Assembly (NCBI GenBank): GCA_051252135.1
Contig: JBPOGH010000003.1
Span: forward strand, 128,001 to 192,000
Length of the DNA stretch: 64,000 nucleotides
Direction: 5' to 3'
DNA from: Verrucomicrobiaceae bacterium
GTDB taxonomy: Bacteria; Verrucomicrobiota; Verrucomicrobiia; Verrucomicrobiales; Akkermansiaceae
Below the pieces are notes generated by a model. That model was given only the letters and a program-made list of their open reading frames with translations. It made no database searches and was not told the origin of the DNA. Positions 8,894 to 18,966 of this stretch are shown here, piece after piece. Within the stretch, counting starts at the first letter, position 1; every line of letters starts with the position of its first letter. The position numbers and the translations under genes are program-made.

Positions 8894-11800
8894 ATGGACC
8901 CTCTTAAAAAACATCCCTTCATCAGCTGGTTCGCCGCCAATCCGGTCGTCGCGAACATCCTGATGTACTCCATCCTCGCCGCCGGCATCTTCACCGCCTT
9001 CAACGTCCGCAAGGAAGGCTTCCCCTCTTTCGAGGCAAACTCCGTCACCGTCCGCGTCCCCATCCGTGGCGGCACCCCGGAGGACGTCGAGCGCGGCATC
9101 GCCATCCGCATCGAGGAATCACTCCAAACCGTCGATGGCGTCCACCACATCTCATCCGTCAGCAATGAGAACTCCGCCACCGTCACCATCGAGGCCAAGG
9201 AAAATTACCCCATCCGCAAACTCTTGGATGACGTCAAGGTCCAGGTCGATGCCATCCAGGCCTTCCCCGAACAGGCCGAAAAACCCGTCATCACCGAGAA
9301 CAAACGCCAACGCCAGGTCCTCTGGATCGAGCTCTACGGCGACGCCCCCGAAGCCGTCCGTAAAGAAGAAGCCCGCCGCCTCCGCGACGCCCTCCTCCGC
9401 CAACCCGCCATCTCCCAGGTAGAGACCTTCGGCGCGCGGGACTACGAGATCTCCATCGAGCCGTCCGAGGACAAACTCCGCCAATTCGATCTCACCTTCG
9501 CCGAGGTCGCCCAGGCCGTCTCTAACAACTCCCTCGATCTCGGTGGCGGCGTCGTCCGGGCTGACAGCGGTGACATCTCTCTCCGCTCCAAGGACCAAGC
9601 CTACCGCAAGCGCGACTTCGAGGAAATCCCCCTCCGCACCAATCCCGATGGCACCCGCATCCTCCTCCGCGATGTCGCCGGGGTCCGCGACGCCTTCATC
9701 GACCAAAAAACCCTCAACCGCTTCCGTGGCCAACCCACCACCAGCCTCAAAATCACCACCGAGGGAAATGACGATCTCATCGAAGCCTCGGACCAGGGCA
9801 AACAAGTCGTCGAGGAATACCGCGACCTCCCCAACGGCCTCCACCTCGCCAGCTGGCTCGATGGCTCCACCGACATCCGCGACCGCCTCGCCCTCCTCGG
9901 GCGCAATGGTATCCTCGGCGTCCTCCTCGTCCTCGGCATCCTCATGCTCTTCCTCAACCTGCGCCTCGCCTTCTGGGTCGCCATCGGCATCCCCGTCTCC
10001 CTCGCCGGCGCCGTCACCCTCTTCCCCATCCCCGGCCTCGATATGTCGGTCAATCTCATCTCCGCTTTCGGCTTCCTCGTCGTCCTCGGCATCGTGGTCG
10101 ATGACGCCATCGTCATCGGCGAGTCCATCTTCTCCGAGAAACAAAACGCCCCCCTCACCACCGATCCCGATTCCCACCTCCGCACCACCGTCGTCGGCGT
10201 CAGCAAGGTCGTCGTCCCCGCCACCTTCGGCGTCGTCACCACCATCGCCGCCTTCCTCCCCCTCACCCAGGTCAGCGGAAACATGGGCAATGTCTTCGGC
10301 CAGATCGCCACCACCGTCGTCTTCTGCCTCGCCTTCTCCCTCCTCGAATCAAAAATCATCCTCCCCGCCCACCTCGCCCACATCAACGTCCACCGCGAAC
10401 CCAAAAACCCCGTCTCCCGCTCCTGGGCCCGCTTCCAAAAAGCCATCAACGACCTCCTCAACAGTTTCATCGAACGCGTCTACCTCCCCGTCATCCGCTT
10501 CCTCATCCCCTGGCGCTACGCCACCCTCGCCACCTTCGTCGCCATCTTCATCGTCGTCGTCGGACTCTTCCCCTCCGGAAAAATCCGCTTCGTCTTCTTC
10601 CCCAGCGTCTTTAACGACTACGCCTCCGTCTACCTCGTCCTCGAACAAGGACAGTCCGTCGACTACCTCCACCAACAGGCCGGGCGCATCGCCGCCGCCA
10701 CCGAAAACCTCGGCCGCAAATATCAGGACGAGTTCAATCACAACCCCTTCAAGGACGTTCAAATCTCCGCCAGCACCAATGAGGCCGCCGCCATCAATGC
10801 CGAGCTCACCCGCTCCACCGAGCGCGACTTCCTCCCCGCCGAGGTCATCATCAGGGACTGGCGCAAAGCCATCGGCAGCGTCGCCGGAGCCCGCTCCCTC
10901 TCCTTCCGCGCCACCGCCGGACCTCCCGGAGGCGACTTCCAGGTCAACCTCGAAAGCGAAAACCTCGAAGAGCTCAAGGTCGCCGCCGAAGAGTTGAAAA
11001 AAGTCATCGAAACCTTCCCCGGCGTCTTCGATGTCAACGACTCCTTCAACTCCGGTCGCCCCGAAATCCGCTACTCCATCACCCCCGAGGGACAAGCCGC
11101 CAATCTCACCAAGCGCGACCTCGCCGTCGGCGTCCGTGACGCCTTCTACGGCCGCGAGGCCCAACGCGTCCAGCGCGGGCGCGAAGAAGTCCGCGTCATG
11201 GTCCGCTACCCCCTCGACCAACGCAGCTCCCTCGAAACCCTCCGCAACATGCGCATCCGCAAGGGCGACGGCTCCACCATCCCCTTCTCCGTCGTCGCCG
11301 ACACCGAATACTCCGCCTCCCTCGCCTCCATCGAGCGCTTCGATAACAAGCGCGTCGTCACCGTCTCCGCCTCCATCGATAAAGCCACCTCCTCCCCTGG
11401 CGATGTCAACGCCCGCCTCGCCCGGGAATTCTACCCCGGCATGAACGCCCGCCACCCCGGCATCTCCGTCGGCCAAAGCGGACAAGTCGAAGAGCGCGCC
11501 CGCTCCATGAAATCCCTCGTCACCGGATTCATCTTCTCCATCGTCTTCATCTACGTCCTCATCGCCATCCCCCTCCGCAGCTACCTCCAGCCCCTCATCA
11601 TCATGACCGTCATCCCCTTCGGCGTCATCGGAGCCATCCTCGGCCACTTCGTCATGGGCATCCCCGTCTCCATCCTCTCCCTCTTCGGCGTCCTCGCCCT
11701 CTCCGGCGTCGTCGTCAACGACTCCCTCGTCCTCGTCTGCCACATCAACGAACTCCGCAAAAGCCAAGGCCTCACCCTCAACCAGGCCTGCCGCCGCGCC

Positions 11801-12043
11801 GGAGCCGACCGCTTCCGCGCCATCCTCCTCACCTCCCTCACCACCTTCTTCGGCCTCGCTCCTCTCTTATTAGAAAAAGAAGTCCAGGCCCAGTTCCTCA
11901 AACCCATGGCCGCCTCCCTCGCCTTCGGCATCCTCTTCGCCACCATCATCACCCTCTTCCTCCTCCCCATCCTCCTCCTCATCTTCCGCGACATCCGCAA
12001 CGCCACCCGCCGCTACCTCGGCCGCCCCCCTCTCGTCGACTAA
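8894..12043 (+). CDS. RND efflux permease (AcrB/AcrD/AcrF family)
   Basis: 1049 aa; GIVVDDAIVIGE, GVVVNDSLVLV and RFRAILLTSLTT. Confidence 0.95.
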   Translation: MDPLKKHPFISWFAANPVVANILMYSILAAGIFTAFNVRKEGFPSFEANSVTVRVPIRGGTPEDVERGIAIRIEESLQTVDGVHHISSVSNENSATVTIEAKENYPIRKLLDDVKVQVDAIQAFPEQAEKPVITENKRQRQVLWIELYGDAPEAVRKEEARRLRDALLRQPAISQVETFGARDYEISIEPSEDKLRQFDLTFAEVAQAVSNNSLDLGGGVVRADSGDISLRSKDQAYRKRDFEEIPLRTNPDGTRILLRDVAGVRDAFIDQKTLNRFRGQPTTSLKITTEGNDDLIEASDQGKQVVEEYRDLPNGLHLASWLDGSTDIRDRLALLGRNGILGVLLVLGILMLFLNLRLAFWVAIGIPVSLAGAVTLFPIPGLDMSVNLISAFGFLVVLGIVVDDAIVIGESIFSEKQNAPLTTDPDSHLRTTVVGVSKVVVPATFGVVTTIAAFLPLTQVSGNMGNVFGQIATTVVFCLAFSLLESKIILPAHLAHINVHREPKNPVSRSWARFQKAINDLLNSFIERVYLPVIRFLIPWRYATLATFVAIFIVVVGLFPSGKIRFVFFPSVFNDYASVYLVLEQGQSVDYLHQQAGRIAAATENLGRKYQDEFNHNPFKDVQISASTNEAAAINAELTRSTERDFLPAEVIIRDWRKAIGSVAGARSLSFRATAGPPGGDFQVNLESENLEELKVAAEELKKVIETFPGVFDVNDSFNSGRPEIRYSITPEGQAANLTKRDLAVGVRDAFYGREAQRVQRGREEVRVMVRYPLDQRSSLETLRNMRIRKGDGSTIPFSVVADTEYSASLASIERFDNKRVVTVSASIDKATSSPGDVNARLAREFYPGMNARHPGISVGQSGQVEERARSMKSLVTGFIFSIVFIYVLIAIPLRSYLQPLIIMTVIPFGVIGAILGHFVMGIPVSILSLFGVLALSGVVVNDSLVLVCHINELRKSQGLTLNQACRRAGADRFRAILLTSLTTFFGLAPLLLEKEVQAQFLKPMAASLAFGILFATIITLFLLPILLLIFRDIRNATRRYLGRPPLVD

Positions 12044-12052
12044 CCCGCCCCC

Positions 12053-12400
12053 AACCAAGCCCCGTCAACCAAGCCCCCTCCGTTCAAATCTAAATGTGAG
12101 ATGTTAAATGTTCAGTGTTCCTCCCCGCCCTCAACCAAGCCCCCCAACCAAGCTCCCTCCGTTCAAATCTAAATGTGAGATGTTAAATGTTCAGTGTTCC
12201 TCCCCGCCCCCAAACCAAGCCCCCTCAACCAAGCTCCCTCCGTTCAAATCTAAATGTTAGATGTTAAATGTTCAGTGTTCCTCCCCGCCCCCAAACCAAG
12301 CCCCCCAAACCAAGCCCCCTCCGTTCAAATTTAAATGTTAGATGTTAAGTGTTCCTCCCCGCCCTCAACCAAGCCTTCAACATTCAGAGTTCAAAGTTCA
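12053..12400 (+). repeat. Four tandem ~80-bp repeats (AACCAAGC + heptamer core); dispersed copies at about 27022-27095 and 52804-52860
   Basis: AACCAAGCYCCCTCCGTTCAAATCTAAATGT(G/T)AGATGTTAAATGTTCAGTGTTCCTCCCCGCCC starting at 12067, 12146, 12227 and 12308. Confidence 0.92.
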
Positions 12401-12408
12401 ACCCCCCC

Positions 12409-13188
12409 ATGACCCTCCTCATCCTCAACTCCCTCATCCACTCCTCTCCCCTCATCACCCACCTCCCCGAAGCCTCCTCTTTCCCCCACCACTCCCTCAG
12501 CCTCCCCACTGAGCCCCCCGACCTCAACCTCCAACAAAAACTCGGCCACCTCTACGAAGACGCCCTCGCCCTCCTCCTCAACGCCTCTCCCCGCTTCGAC
12601 CTCCTCGCCCAAAACCTCCAGATCCAAAAAGACGCCCACACCACCCTCGGCGAGCTCGACTTCCTCCTCCGCGACACCTCCACCGGCCAACTCATCCACC
12701 TCGAGCTCGCCACCAAATTCTACCTCGCCGTTGACGATGAACTCCCCGGCCCCGACGCCCGCGATAACTACTTCAAAAAGCTCTCCCGCCTCCGCACCCA
12801 CCAACTCACCCTCGCCCAAAAACACCGCGACCACCTCCCTCCCGAATTCCGCGACGAGCCCATCATCACCCAACAACTCATCCACGGCTGCCTCTTCGAT
12901 CACCTCTCCGCCCCCACTCCCGCCACCCCCGAGCTCCTCAACCCCACCTGCCGCCGCGGCAAATGGCTCACCATCGACCAACTCCCCCACCACTTCCCCC
13001 CCGACACCACCTACCACCTCATCCCCAAACCCCTCTGGCCCGTCCCCCTCGACCTTCTAACAGACACCCCCCTCGACCCCTGGTCCCCCCCGGAAAAAAT
13101 CGACCGCTGCCTGATGGTCCGCGCCTCCCATCACCAAGAACCCTACTTCATCACCCCATCAAATTACCCCAACCAAGAAAACTCTTAG
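12409..13188 (+). CDS. DUF1853 family protein (PD-(D/E)XK nuclease-like)
   Basis: KLGHLYE, TLGELDFLL, HLELATKFYL and GPDARD..KL.RL..HQL. ATG 12409 preferred because the upstream extension is repeat DNA. Confidence 0.8.
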   Translation: MTLLILNSLIHSSPLITHLPEASSFPHHSLSLPTEPPDLNLQQKLGHLYEDALALLLNASPRFDLLAQNLQIQKDAHTTLGELDFLLRDTSTGQLIHLELATKFYLAVDDELPGPDARDNYFKKLSRLRTHQLTLAQKHRDHLPPEFRDEPIITQQLIHGCLFDHLSAPTPATPELLNPTCRRGKWLTIDQLPHHFPPDTTYHLIPKPLWPVPLDLLTDTPLDPWSPPEKIDRCLMVRASHHQEPYFITPSNYPNQENS

Positions 13189-13218
13189 CTCTCAGCTAAA
13201 AGCTCCAAACTATCCAAA

Positions 13219-13656
13219 ATGAAAGACCTCGCCCCCGTCCTCGGATTCCTCATCGCCTTCCCCCTCTTCTGGTGCTTCGTCTGCTGGCTCCTTTCCCGCC
13301 TCGGCGGTTGGAAAAAAGTCGCCAAGCGCTACCCCCGCAAGCACCTTCCCAAAGGCCAAAAATTCTCCATGCAAAGCATGTCCTTCGGCCTCAGCAACTA
13401 CAACAGCTGCCTCACCGTCCACGCCTCTGATGAGGGCATCGACATCGCCGTCTGGCCCCTCTTCGCCTGCGGCCATCCCCCCATCTTCCTCCCCTGGTCC
13501 GCCATCGGCACCCCCCGCGAAAAACGCATCCTCTGGTTCACCTCCTACCTCATCCAAATCGACTCCCCACCCATCGCCAAAATCTCCATCCCAAAACGCT
13601 CCTTCATCGCCTACCAATCATCCCTCCCTGGACCACCACCCATTCCAAACGAGTAA
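13219..13656 (+). CDS. Hypothetical membrane protein
   Basis: N-terminal TM, SRLGGW..A.RY and HPPIFLPWSAI; host-like codon usage. Confidence 0.7.
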   Translation: MKDLAPVLGFLIAFPLFWCFVCWLLSRLGGWKKVAKRYPRKHLPKGQKFSMQSMSFGLSNYNSCLTVHASDEGIDIAVWPLFACGHPPIFLPWSAIGTPREKRILWFTSYLIQIDSPPIAKISIPKRSFIAYQSSLPGPPPIPNE

Positions 13657-13657
13657 A

Positions 13658-14110
13658 TCACTCACCCAAATCCGAAACCACAAAACTCCCCTCAAACTCC
13701 CCCACCACTTCCCCCTCACAAAGCAGCTCGCTCCCAAGCGTAATCCGCCCCACCCCCTTGCGCTTGAGACACTTGATCAACCATTCCCAATCCTTCTCTT
13801 CCTTCAGCGCACACCTCGCCTGAAACTCCCCCAACACCGGCTTGAGATATTCCATCGAGTTCCGCTGAATCACAATCCGCGGCCGAATCTCCGCATGATT
13901 CCGCAACCGGCAGTGGATAAACGACCACGCCGAAAGAATACACAGCGCCGAAGCACTCCCCCCAAACACCGTCTCGCGGTGATTGATATTCGGCCCAATC
14001 GGCGCGCTCAAGGTCAGCGACTCATCACTCGCGCCCACCACCTCAACCTCCATCGCCTTCGTCAGCGGGATATGATCATAAAGATACTGCTTTAAGGAAT
14101 CCTCACTCAT
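13658..14110 (-). CDS. YiiD C-terminal (hotdog/thioesterase, MadB-like) domain protein
   Basis: LYDHIPLTKAM..APIGPNINHRETVFGGS..MEYLKPV. Confidence 0.85.
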   Translation of the reverse strand: MSEDSLKQYLYDHIPLTKAMEVEVVGASDESLTLSAPIGPNINHRETVFGGSASALCILSAWSFIHCRLRNHAEIRPRIVIQRNSMEYLKPVLGEFQARCALKEEKDWEWLIKCLKRKGVGRITLGSELLCEGEVVGEFEGSFVVSDLGE

Positions 14111-15438
14111 ACCCCGACCTCCCGTCTCTTATCTTGCCACTCTCCCCCTTCAAACTTCAACTCATCCGTCACACAATCCAGCCGGTCTTCCGGCTCATGC
14201 GTGATGTAAAGAAGCTGAGTCAACCCCGTCCCCACAATCCGGTCAATCACTTGCAAAACAAGAGCCCGATTCAGCGGATCAAGCCCCTGGCACGGCTCAT
14301 CGAGAATCAACAAAATCGGCTGCTTCACCAAGGCCCGCGCAATGAGAAGCAAACGCTGCTGCCCATAACTCAGCGACCGAAAAGGCCGATTCCGCCACTC
14401 GCTCATTCCGATCACTTCCAGCCACTCTTCCGCCACCCTCACCTGCTCTGGCTCCGGCTTCCGGTACAGCCCCACACTGTCAAAAAATCCCGACACAATC
14501 ACTGTCACCGCCGTCGTGCTCACCCGGTGCTGCTGATGAATCGTCGGCGACACAATCCCGATGTGACTCTTCACATCCCAAATCGTCTCCCCGCTCCCCC
14601 GCCGCATTCCCAGCACCGTGACATCATTCGAATAACACTGCGTATGATCTCCCGTAACGAGGTTCACCAAAGTCGATTTCCCACACCCGTTTGGCCCCGT
14701 AATCTTCCAGTTCTGTCCGGCCTCCACCGTCCAATCGAGCTGTGAAATTATTTCCCGCCCCCCATGAACCACCGTGACATCCCTCATCACCACCAAAGCC
14801 CCTTCATAACCAACTCGCTCTTCTCCCTTTGGCAAAACCACCGGCGTCTCGGCCAGCCCGGTCAGCTGTCGAAAAACCTCATGCTCCGCCACCTCCTCCC
14901 GATCACCTGCCAACAGACACTCTCCTTCATCCACCAAGGCCAGATGACTCACCAGCCCATCCAAATCACTCAGCCGGTTCGCCACCACAATCAACTCCCG
15001 CCCTTCCAAAAGCTCCCTCAACGGCTCCCGAAACGCCTGATCCAAGCCATCAAATGGCTCGTCCAACACCAACCTCCCCGGACTCTCCACCAAGGCCCGA
15101 GCCAACATCAACCGACGTCTCTCCCCCGTCGATAAGGTCCGAAACCCCTGATCGATAATCGTCTTCAATCCCAGCGACTCCGCCAGCTCTTCGAGCTCTC
15201 CCTCCTTCGGCCCAACCTCCTCAATCAACTCACGCACCGTCCGGCCAAAGTCGACCTGATCCATAAACTCGGAGTCATCTTCCCGAATCTCCCGCTCTAG
15301 CAAGGCATCCTCGGTCTCAAAGGAAACCAAGGCCGCGCCCAGTTCTTCCGCCAGCCGCGCCGCGACCGTGGATTTCCCCGAGCCATTGCGCCCGACAATC
15401 CCCCAGTTCTCACCGGGCCGAATGGTGATCAGGCTCAC
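14107..15438 (-). CDS. modF: ModF-like tandem ABC ATPase
   Basis: Two NBDs (GRNGSGKS, LSTGE; GPNGCGKS, LSYGQQR) plus the ModF-like TGDHTQCYSND and RRGSGETIWDVKSHIG. Confidence 0.8.
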   Translation of the reverse strand: MSLITIRPGENWGIVGRNGSGKSTVAARLAEELGAALVSFETEDALLEREIREDDSEFMDQVDFGRTVRELIEEVGPKEGELEELAESLGLKTIIDQGFRTLSTGERRRLMLARALVESPGRLVLDEPFDGLDQAFREPLRELLEGRELIVVANRLSDLDGLVSHLALVDEGECLLAGDREEVAEHEVFRQLTGLAETPVVLPKGEERVGYEGALVVMRDVTVVHGGREIISQLDWTVEAGQNWKITGPNGCGKSTLVNLVTGDHTQCYSNDVTVLGMRRGSGETIWDVKSHIGIVSPTIHQQHRVSTTAVTVIVSGFFDSVGLYRKPEPEQVRVAEEWLEVIGMSEWRNRPFRSLSYGQQRLLLIARALVKQPILLILDEPCQGLDPLNRALVLQVIDRIVGTGLTQLLYITHEPEDRLDCVTDELKFEGGEWQDKRREVGV

Positions 15439-16682
15439 GAGAATTTCGACACCAGCAACGAAGCATTGTGTCCCCCAAACCCGAACGAGTTGCTCAGAGC
15501 CGAAGTCACTTCCACTTCCCGCGCCGTGTTCGCACAGTAGTCCAACTCACAAGCCGGATCCTGATCCTCCAGGTTGATCGTCGGAGGAATCACCCCGTCC
15601 CGAAGCGCCATCAGGCAGGCCAAAATCTCCACCCCGCCGGCCGCACCAAGCAAGTGACCGGTCATCGACTTCGTCGAACTCACCACCAGACCCTCCTTGG
15701 CCCAGCTGCCAAAGGACTTCTGAATCGCCTTCGATTCACAAACATCACCCTGCGGCGTCGAGGTTCCGTGCGCATTCACATACTGCACATCCTCGGGATT
15801 TAGCTTCGCGTGCTTCAGAGCCATGTCCATGCAACGCGCCGCTCCCGCACCTTCCGGATGGGGAGAGGTCAAATGATACGCATCCGCACTCAGTCCGTAA
15901 CCCGTCAGTTCCGCCAAAATATTCGCCCCCCGCTTCTTCGCATGCTCCAGTTCCTCAATCACGAGAACACCGGCACCCTCACCCATCACAAAACCATCAC
16001 GACCCACATCGAAAGGACGTGACGCCGCTGTCGGATCATCATTGCGCGTCGAAAGCGCCTTCATATTCATGAAGCCCGCCAGTCCCATCGGACGAATCGA
16101 GGCCTCCGCGCCACCCGCCACAAAGGCATCGGCATCGCCAAATTTAATCATCCGCCACGCTTCCCCAATCGAATGGTTCGCCGTCGCACACGCCGTCACA
16201 ATCGCCATGTTCGGCCCACCAAATCCATACTCCATCGAGAACACGCCGCTCGCGATGTTTGAAATCATCATCGGAATCGTAAAGGGCGACACCCGACTCG
16301 GACTCTTCTGCAAAAGCGCCGTGTGATTGTCCTCCAGCGTTCCCAGACCACCAATCCCGCTGCCCAGCATCACCCCCACACGGTTGCGATCAATCTCAGC
16401 CTCATCCAGCCCGGAATCATCGAGGGCCATCTTCGCCGCCGCAATCGCCAGATGCGCATAGCGGTCCATCCGGCGCGCATCCTTCGGGCTCTTAAAAAAG
16501 GGCTTGGGGTCAAAATCCTTCACCTCCCCCGCAATCTTCACATCATAATCCGTCGTATCCATCGACGTGATCAGCCCAATGCCACTGCGACCGTTTTTCA
16601 TCCCGTCCCACGTGGAGACAGCATCATTTCCGAGAGGGCTCAGGGCACCAAGGCCAGTAATAACTACGCGACGATTATCCAT
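15435..16682 (-). CDS. fabF: Beta-ketoacyl-ACP synthase II
   Basis: RRVVITGLG, TACAT, NAHGTST, KSMTGHLLGAAG and SNSFGFGGHN. Confidence 0.97.
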   Translation of the reverse strand: MDNRRVVITGLGALSPLGNDAVSTWDGMKNGRSGIGLITSMDTTDYDVKIAGEVKDFDPKPFFKSPKDARRMDRYAHLAIAAAKMALDDSGLDEAEIDRNRVGVMLGSGIGGLGTLEDNHTALLQKSPSRVSPFTIPMMISNIASGVFSMEYGFGGPNMAIVTACATANHSIGEAWRMIKFGDADAFVAGGAEASIRPMGLAGFMNMKALSTRNDDPTAASRPFDVGRDGFVMGEGAGVLVIEELEHAKKRGANILAELTGYGLSADAYHLTSPHPEGAGAARCMDMALKHAKLNPEDVQYVNAHGTSTPQGDVCESKAIQKSFGSWAKEGLVVSSTKSMTGHLLGAAGGVEILACLMALRDGVIPPTINLEDQDPACELDYCANTAREVEVTSALSNSFGFGGHNASLLVSKFS

Positions 16683-16747
16683 AACTCGTGAAGGTCCCTA
16701 AGACCTAGGCCGAATATCGAAGAAAGGCAAGCGAAGGCAACGACAGT

Positions 16748-16990
16748 CTAGCCCAACCGATGATGCCCCTTCCGGTGGTTGGTCGCGTCACACTCGGGGC
16801 ACTGCGACAGCCGAACGCTCGGCTTCTCGGGGTAGCGCCGCCCGCAAAGATGACACTCCCGAATCTTCCGCGCCGCCCGATATCGCGCAAATCGATCCCC
16901 CAACCGCACAAAAAGAAAATCCAAAAACACCCACGCAAAGGCCAGCAACACCAACCCCAAAAACAGATGCGTCACACTATCAATCGTCAT
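16748..16990 (-). CDS. Small membrane-anchored zinc-ribbon protein
   Basis: ATG overlaps the upstream stop (ATGA); a TM helix followed by CHLC...CPEC. Confidence 0.7.
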   Translation of the reverse strand: MTIDSVTHLFLGLVLLAFAWVFLDFLFVRLGDRFARYRAARKIRECHLCGRRYPEKPSVRLSQCPECDATNHRKGHHRLG

Positions 16991-17751
16991 TTCACACTCC
17001 GATCTACCGCCGTCGCTTCCAAAATCCACCACCTCATCTCCCCATCCTCACCCACCCCCGGAAAATCCGCCCTCTCCAGACGCTCCCCGATCGGCCCCGC
17101 TGTCATCTCCCTATGCCCCGCAAGCGGTAAAAACGAAATCACCCGCCCCCGCCAATCCAGCCCCACCTGATAAGTCCAACGCTCTCCCGGACTCAAAAGA
17201 TCCACCTCGCCATCCCACCGCCACATCACCGGCTTCCACTCTCCCTCACCGTCAATCTTCACCGCCTCAATCCACCATTCCGGCTTCCGCGCCCTCACCT
17301 CGGGCAAAGGAACCTTCTTCACCGGCGGCAAAAATCCCGGACCCATCCCCGGCAGCCCCCTCAATGGCTCGGGCTTCGGCTCGGCATCAATTTTCACCAA
17401 AGTCGGCCGATAATTCCGCAGCGATACCTCAGCCAGCCGCTCCTCAATGTAATCATCCAAAGCCGCATTCTCATTCACATCCCAGCGGTCGGAATAAGGC
17501 GAGGCACGATCCACGATCTCCGAAAGCCACCGGTTCGCATCCTGATCCAAATCCACCACATGCAACTCCGTCGCCTTGTCCGGTAGCGGCGCCGGAGGAA
17601 TCGGCCGCACCTGCACATACGCCAACAACCCGCCCCAAAACACCGTCGACACCGCCGCCCCAAGCATCAACCGCCCAAACGATCCCTGGGGCAGGTGCCA
17701 GTGAAAATGAAGCCCGGCTTCACGGTCACGACGAAGTTTCTTGCGGCTCAT
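16987..17751 (-). CDS. TonB/TolA-like hypothetical protein
   Basis: Single N-terminal TM and Pro-rich segments; follows exbBD-like genes. Confidence 0.55.
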   Translation of the reverse strand: MSRKKLRRDREAGLHFHWHLPQGSFGRLMLGAAVSTVFWGGLLAYVQVRPIPPAPLPDKATELHVVDLDQDANRWLSEIVDRASPYSDRWDVNENAALDDYIEERLAEVSLRNYRPTLVKIDAEPKPEPLRGLPGMGPGFLPPVKKVPLPEVRARKPEWWIEAVKIDGEGEWKPVMWRWDGEVDLLSPGERWTYQVGLDWRGRVISFLPLAGHREMTAGPIGERLERADFPGVGEDGEMRWWILEATAVDRSVK

Positions 17752-17769
17752 CAGTCAAAATATTCTCCA

Positions 17770-18198
17770 TTAAGGTGCCCCAATCTCGCTCGTCCGCACC
17801 GCCAACTGGCACCGAAATCCCAACCGCCGGCACAAATCCACCACCTCCTGCTGCAGCGCCACCGTAGCCTCCTGATCCATCTTCACCACCACCAGACTCG
17901 TCGCCTGACTCTCCGCCGCCTCCATGATCGCTCCCTCCAGCCCCTCCCGCTCCACCGGCTGACGGTTGATGTAAAAGGACGACCCCGCTGCCCGATGCTT
18001 CACAATCACCACCACCGGCGACTCATCACCCAGCCGCGACCCGCGGAACTCCGAGGTCGGCAGCGAAACTTCAATAAACGTCTCCTTCTGCACCACCCCC
18101 GTCAACATCACCAGAGCCAGAATCAACCCCATAAAATCAACCCCCGGCACGACAAAAATCCAACCCGGTCGCTCGGGAACGGACATCGCCAGCTTCAT
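17770..18198 (-). CDS. exbD: ExbD/TolR biopolymer transporter
   Basis: PGVDF TM motif, VSLPTS and VVVKMDQE; coupled to an ExbB-like gene. Confidence 0.8.
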   Translation of the reverse strand: MKLAMSVPERPGWIFVVPGVDFMGLILALVMLTGVVQKETFIEVSLPTSEFRGSRLGDESPVVVIVKHRAAGSSFYINRQPVEREGLEGAIMEAAESQATSLVVVKMDQEATVALQQEVVDLCRRLGFRCQLAVRTSEIGAP

Positions 18199-18932
18199 GA
18201 ACTCTTCGAAGTAGTGGACGATTTCTTACCCGACGCCTTCTCACCCTCACCCCGGCCATCCCGCTCATCACGAAACGACACAATCCGATCGTGCTCTCGC
18301 CCGTCACACACAATGTTCACCGTCTCAATCCCCGCCCGCTCCAACCGATGCATCAGCCGCTTCGCCTTCCCGTAAAGATACACATAAAAAAGATACGCCG
18401 GGATCGCGATCGCCAAACCCAACGCAGTCGAGGCCAACGCATGATACAACCCCTTCGCCAGGACCGTCTGCGCCACCGCACTCTCCGCACTCCCGATCTG
18501 GTGAAACACCTCAATCAGCCCCAGCACCGTCCCAAACATCCCCAGCAGCGGCGCCAAAAATGCCACCCCCAACAAAATCCGTAAATTCTTCTCAATCCGC
18601 GGCATCTCAAGCTGCCCCGCCTCCTGCGCCACCTCCCGCAGATTCGTCCGCTCCAGATGGTGCCGCTGCAACACCGCATGCACAATCCGCGCCTCCGGCC
18701 CGCGACACCTCGATGACGCATGCAACGCCTCCGCATACGCCTTGTTCCTCACATGATTCGTAATCCCCAGCAGCAAATCGGCACACTTCCCGCGCGTGTG
18801 CTGAAAGTAAATCATCCGCTCCACCATCACCATCAGACCCACAAAACCCAGCGCCGCCTGCAACCACAGGACAACTCCGCCGGATTCCGTCAAAACATTC
18901 ACTGCCAAGGACCCTAGCAGCAGATCCCGCAA
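18195..18932 (-). CDS. exbB: MotA/TolQ/ExbB proton channel
   Basis: APLLGMFGTVLGLI and ALASTALGLAIAIPA. Confidence 0.88.
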   Translation of the reverse strand: MRDLLLGSLAVNVLTESGGVVLWLQAALGFVGLMVMVERMIYFQHTRGKCADLLLGITNHVRNKAYAEALHASSRCRGPEARIVHAVLQRHHLERTNLREVAQEAGQLEMPRIEKNLRILLGVAFLAPLLGMFGTVLGLIEVFHQIGSAESAVAQTVLAKGLYHALASTALGLAIAIPAYLFYVYLYGKAKRLMHRLERAGIETVNIVCDGREHDRIVSFRDERDGRGEGEKASGKKSSTTSKSS

Positions 18933-18966
18933 CTTAAAAGGTGAGAATTAAAAGCTCCCCCCAATT

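Noticed and set aside
7339..11767. Long antisense G/E/D/V-rich and alternate-frame P/S/T-rich ORFs, here and throughout the window
   Set aside because: Shadow ORFs caused by the extreme codon skew; they overlap well-supported genes.
12053..12400. CRISPR array
   Set aside because: The units are near-identical over their whole length, with no unique spacers and no cas genes nearby.
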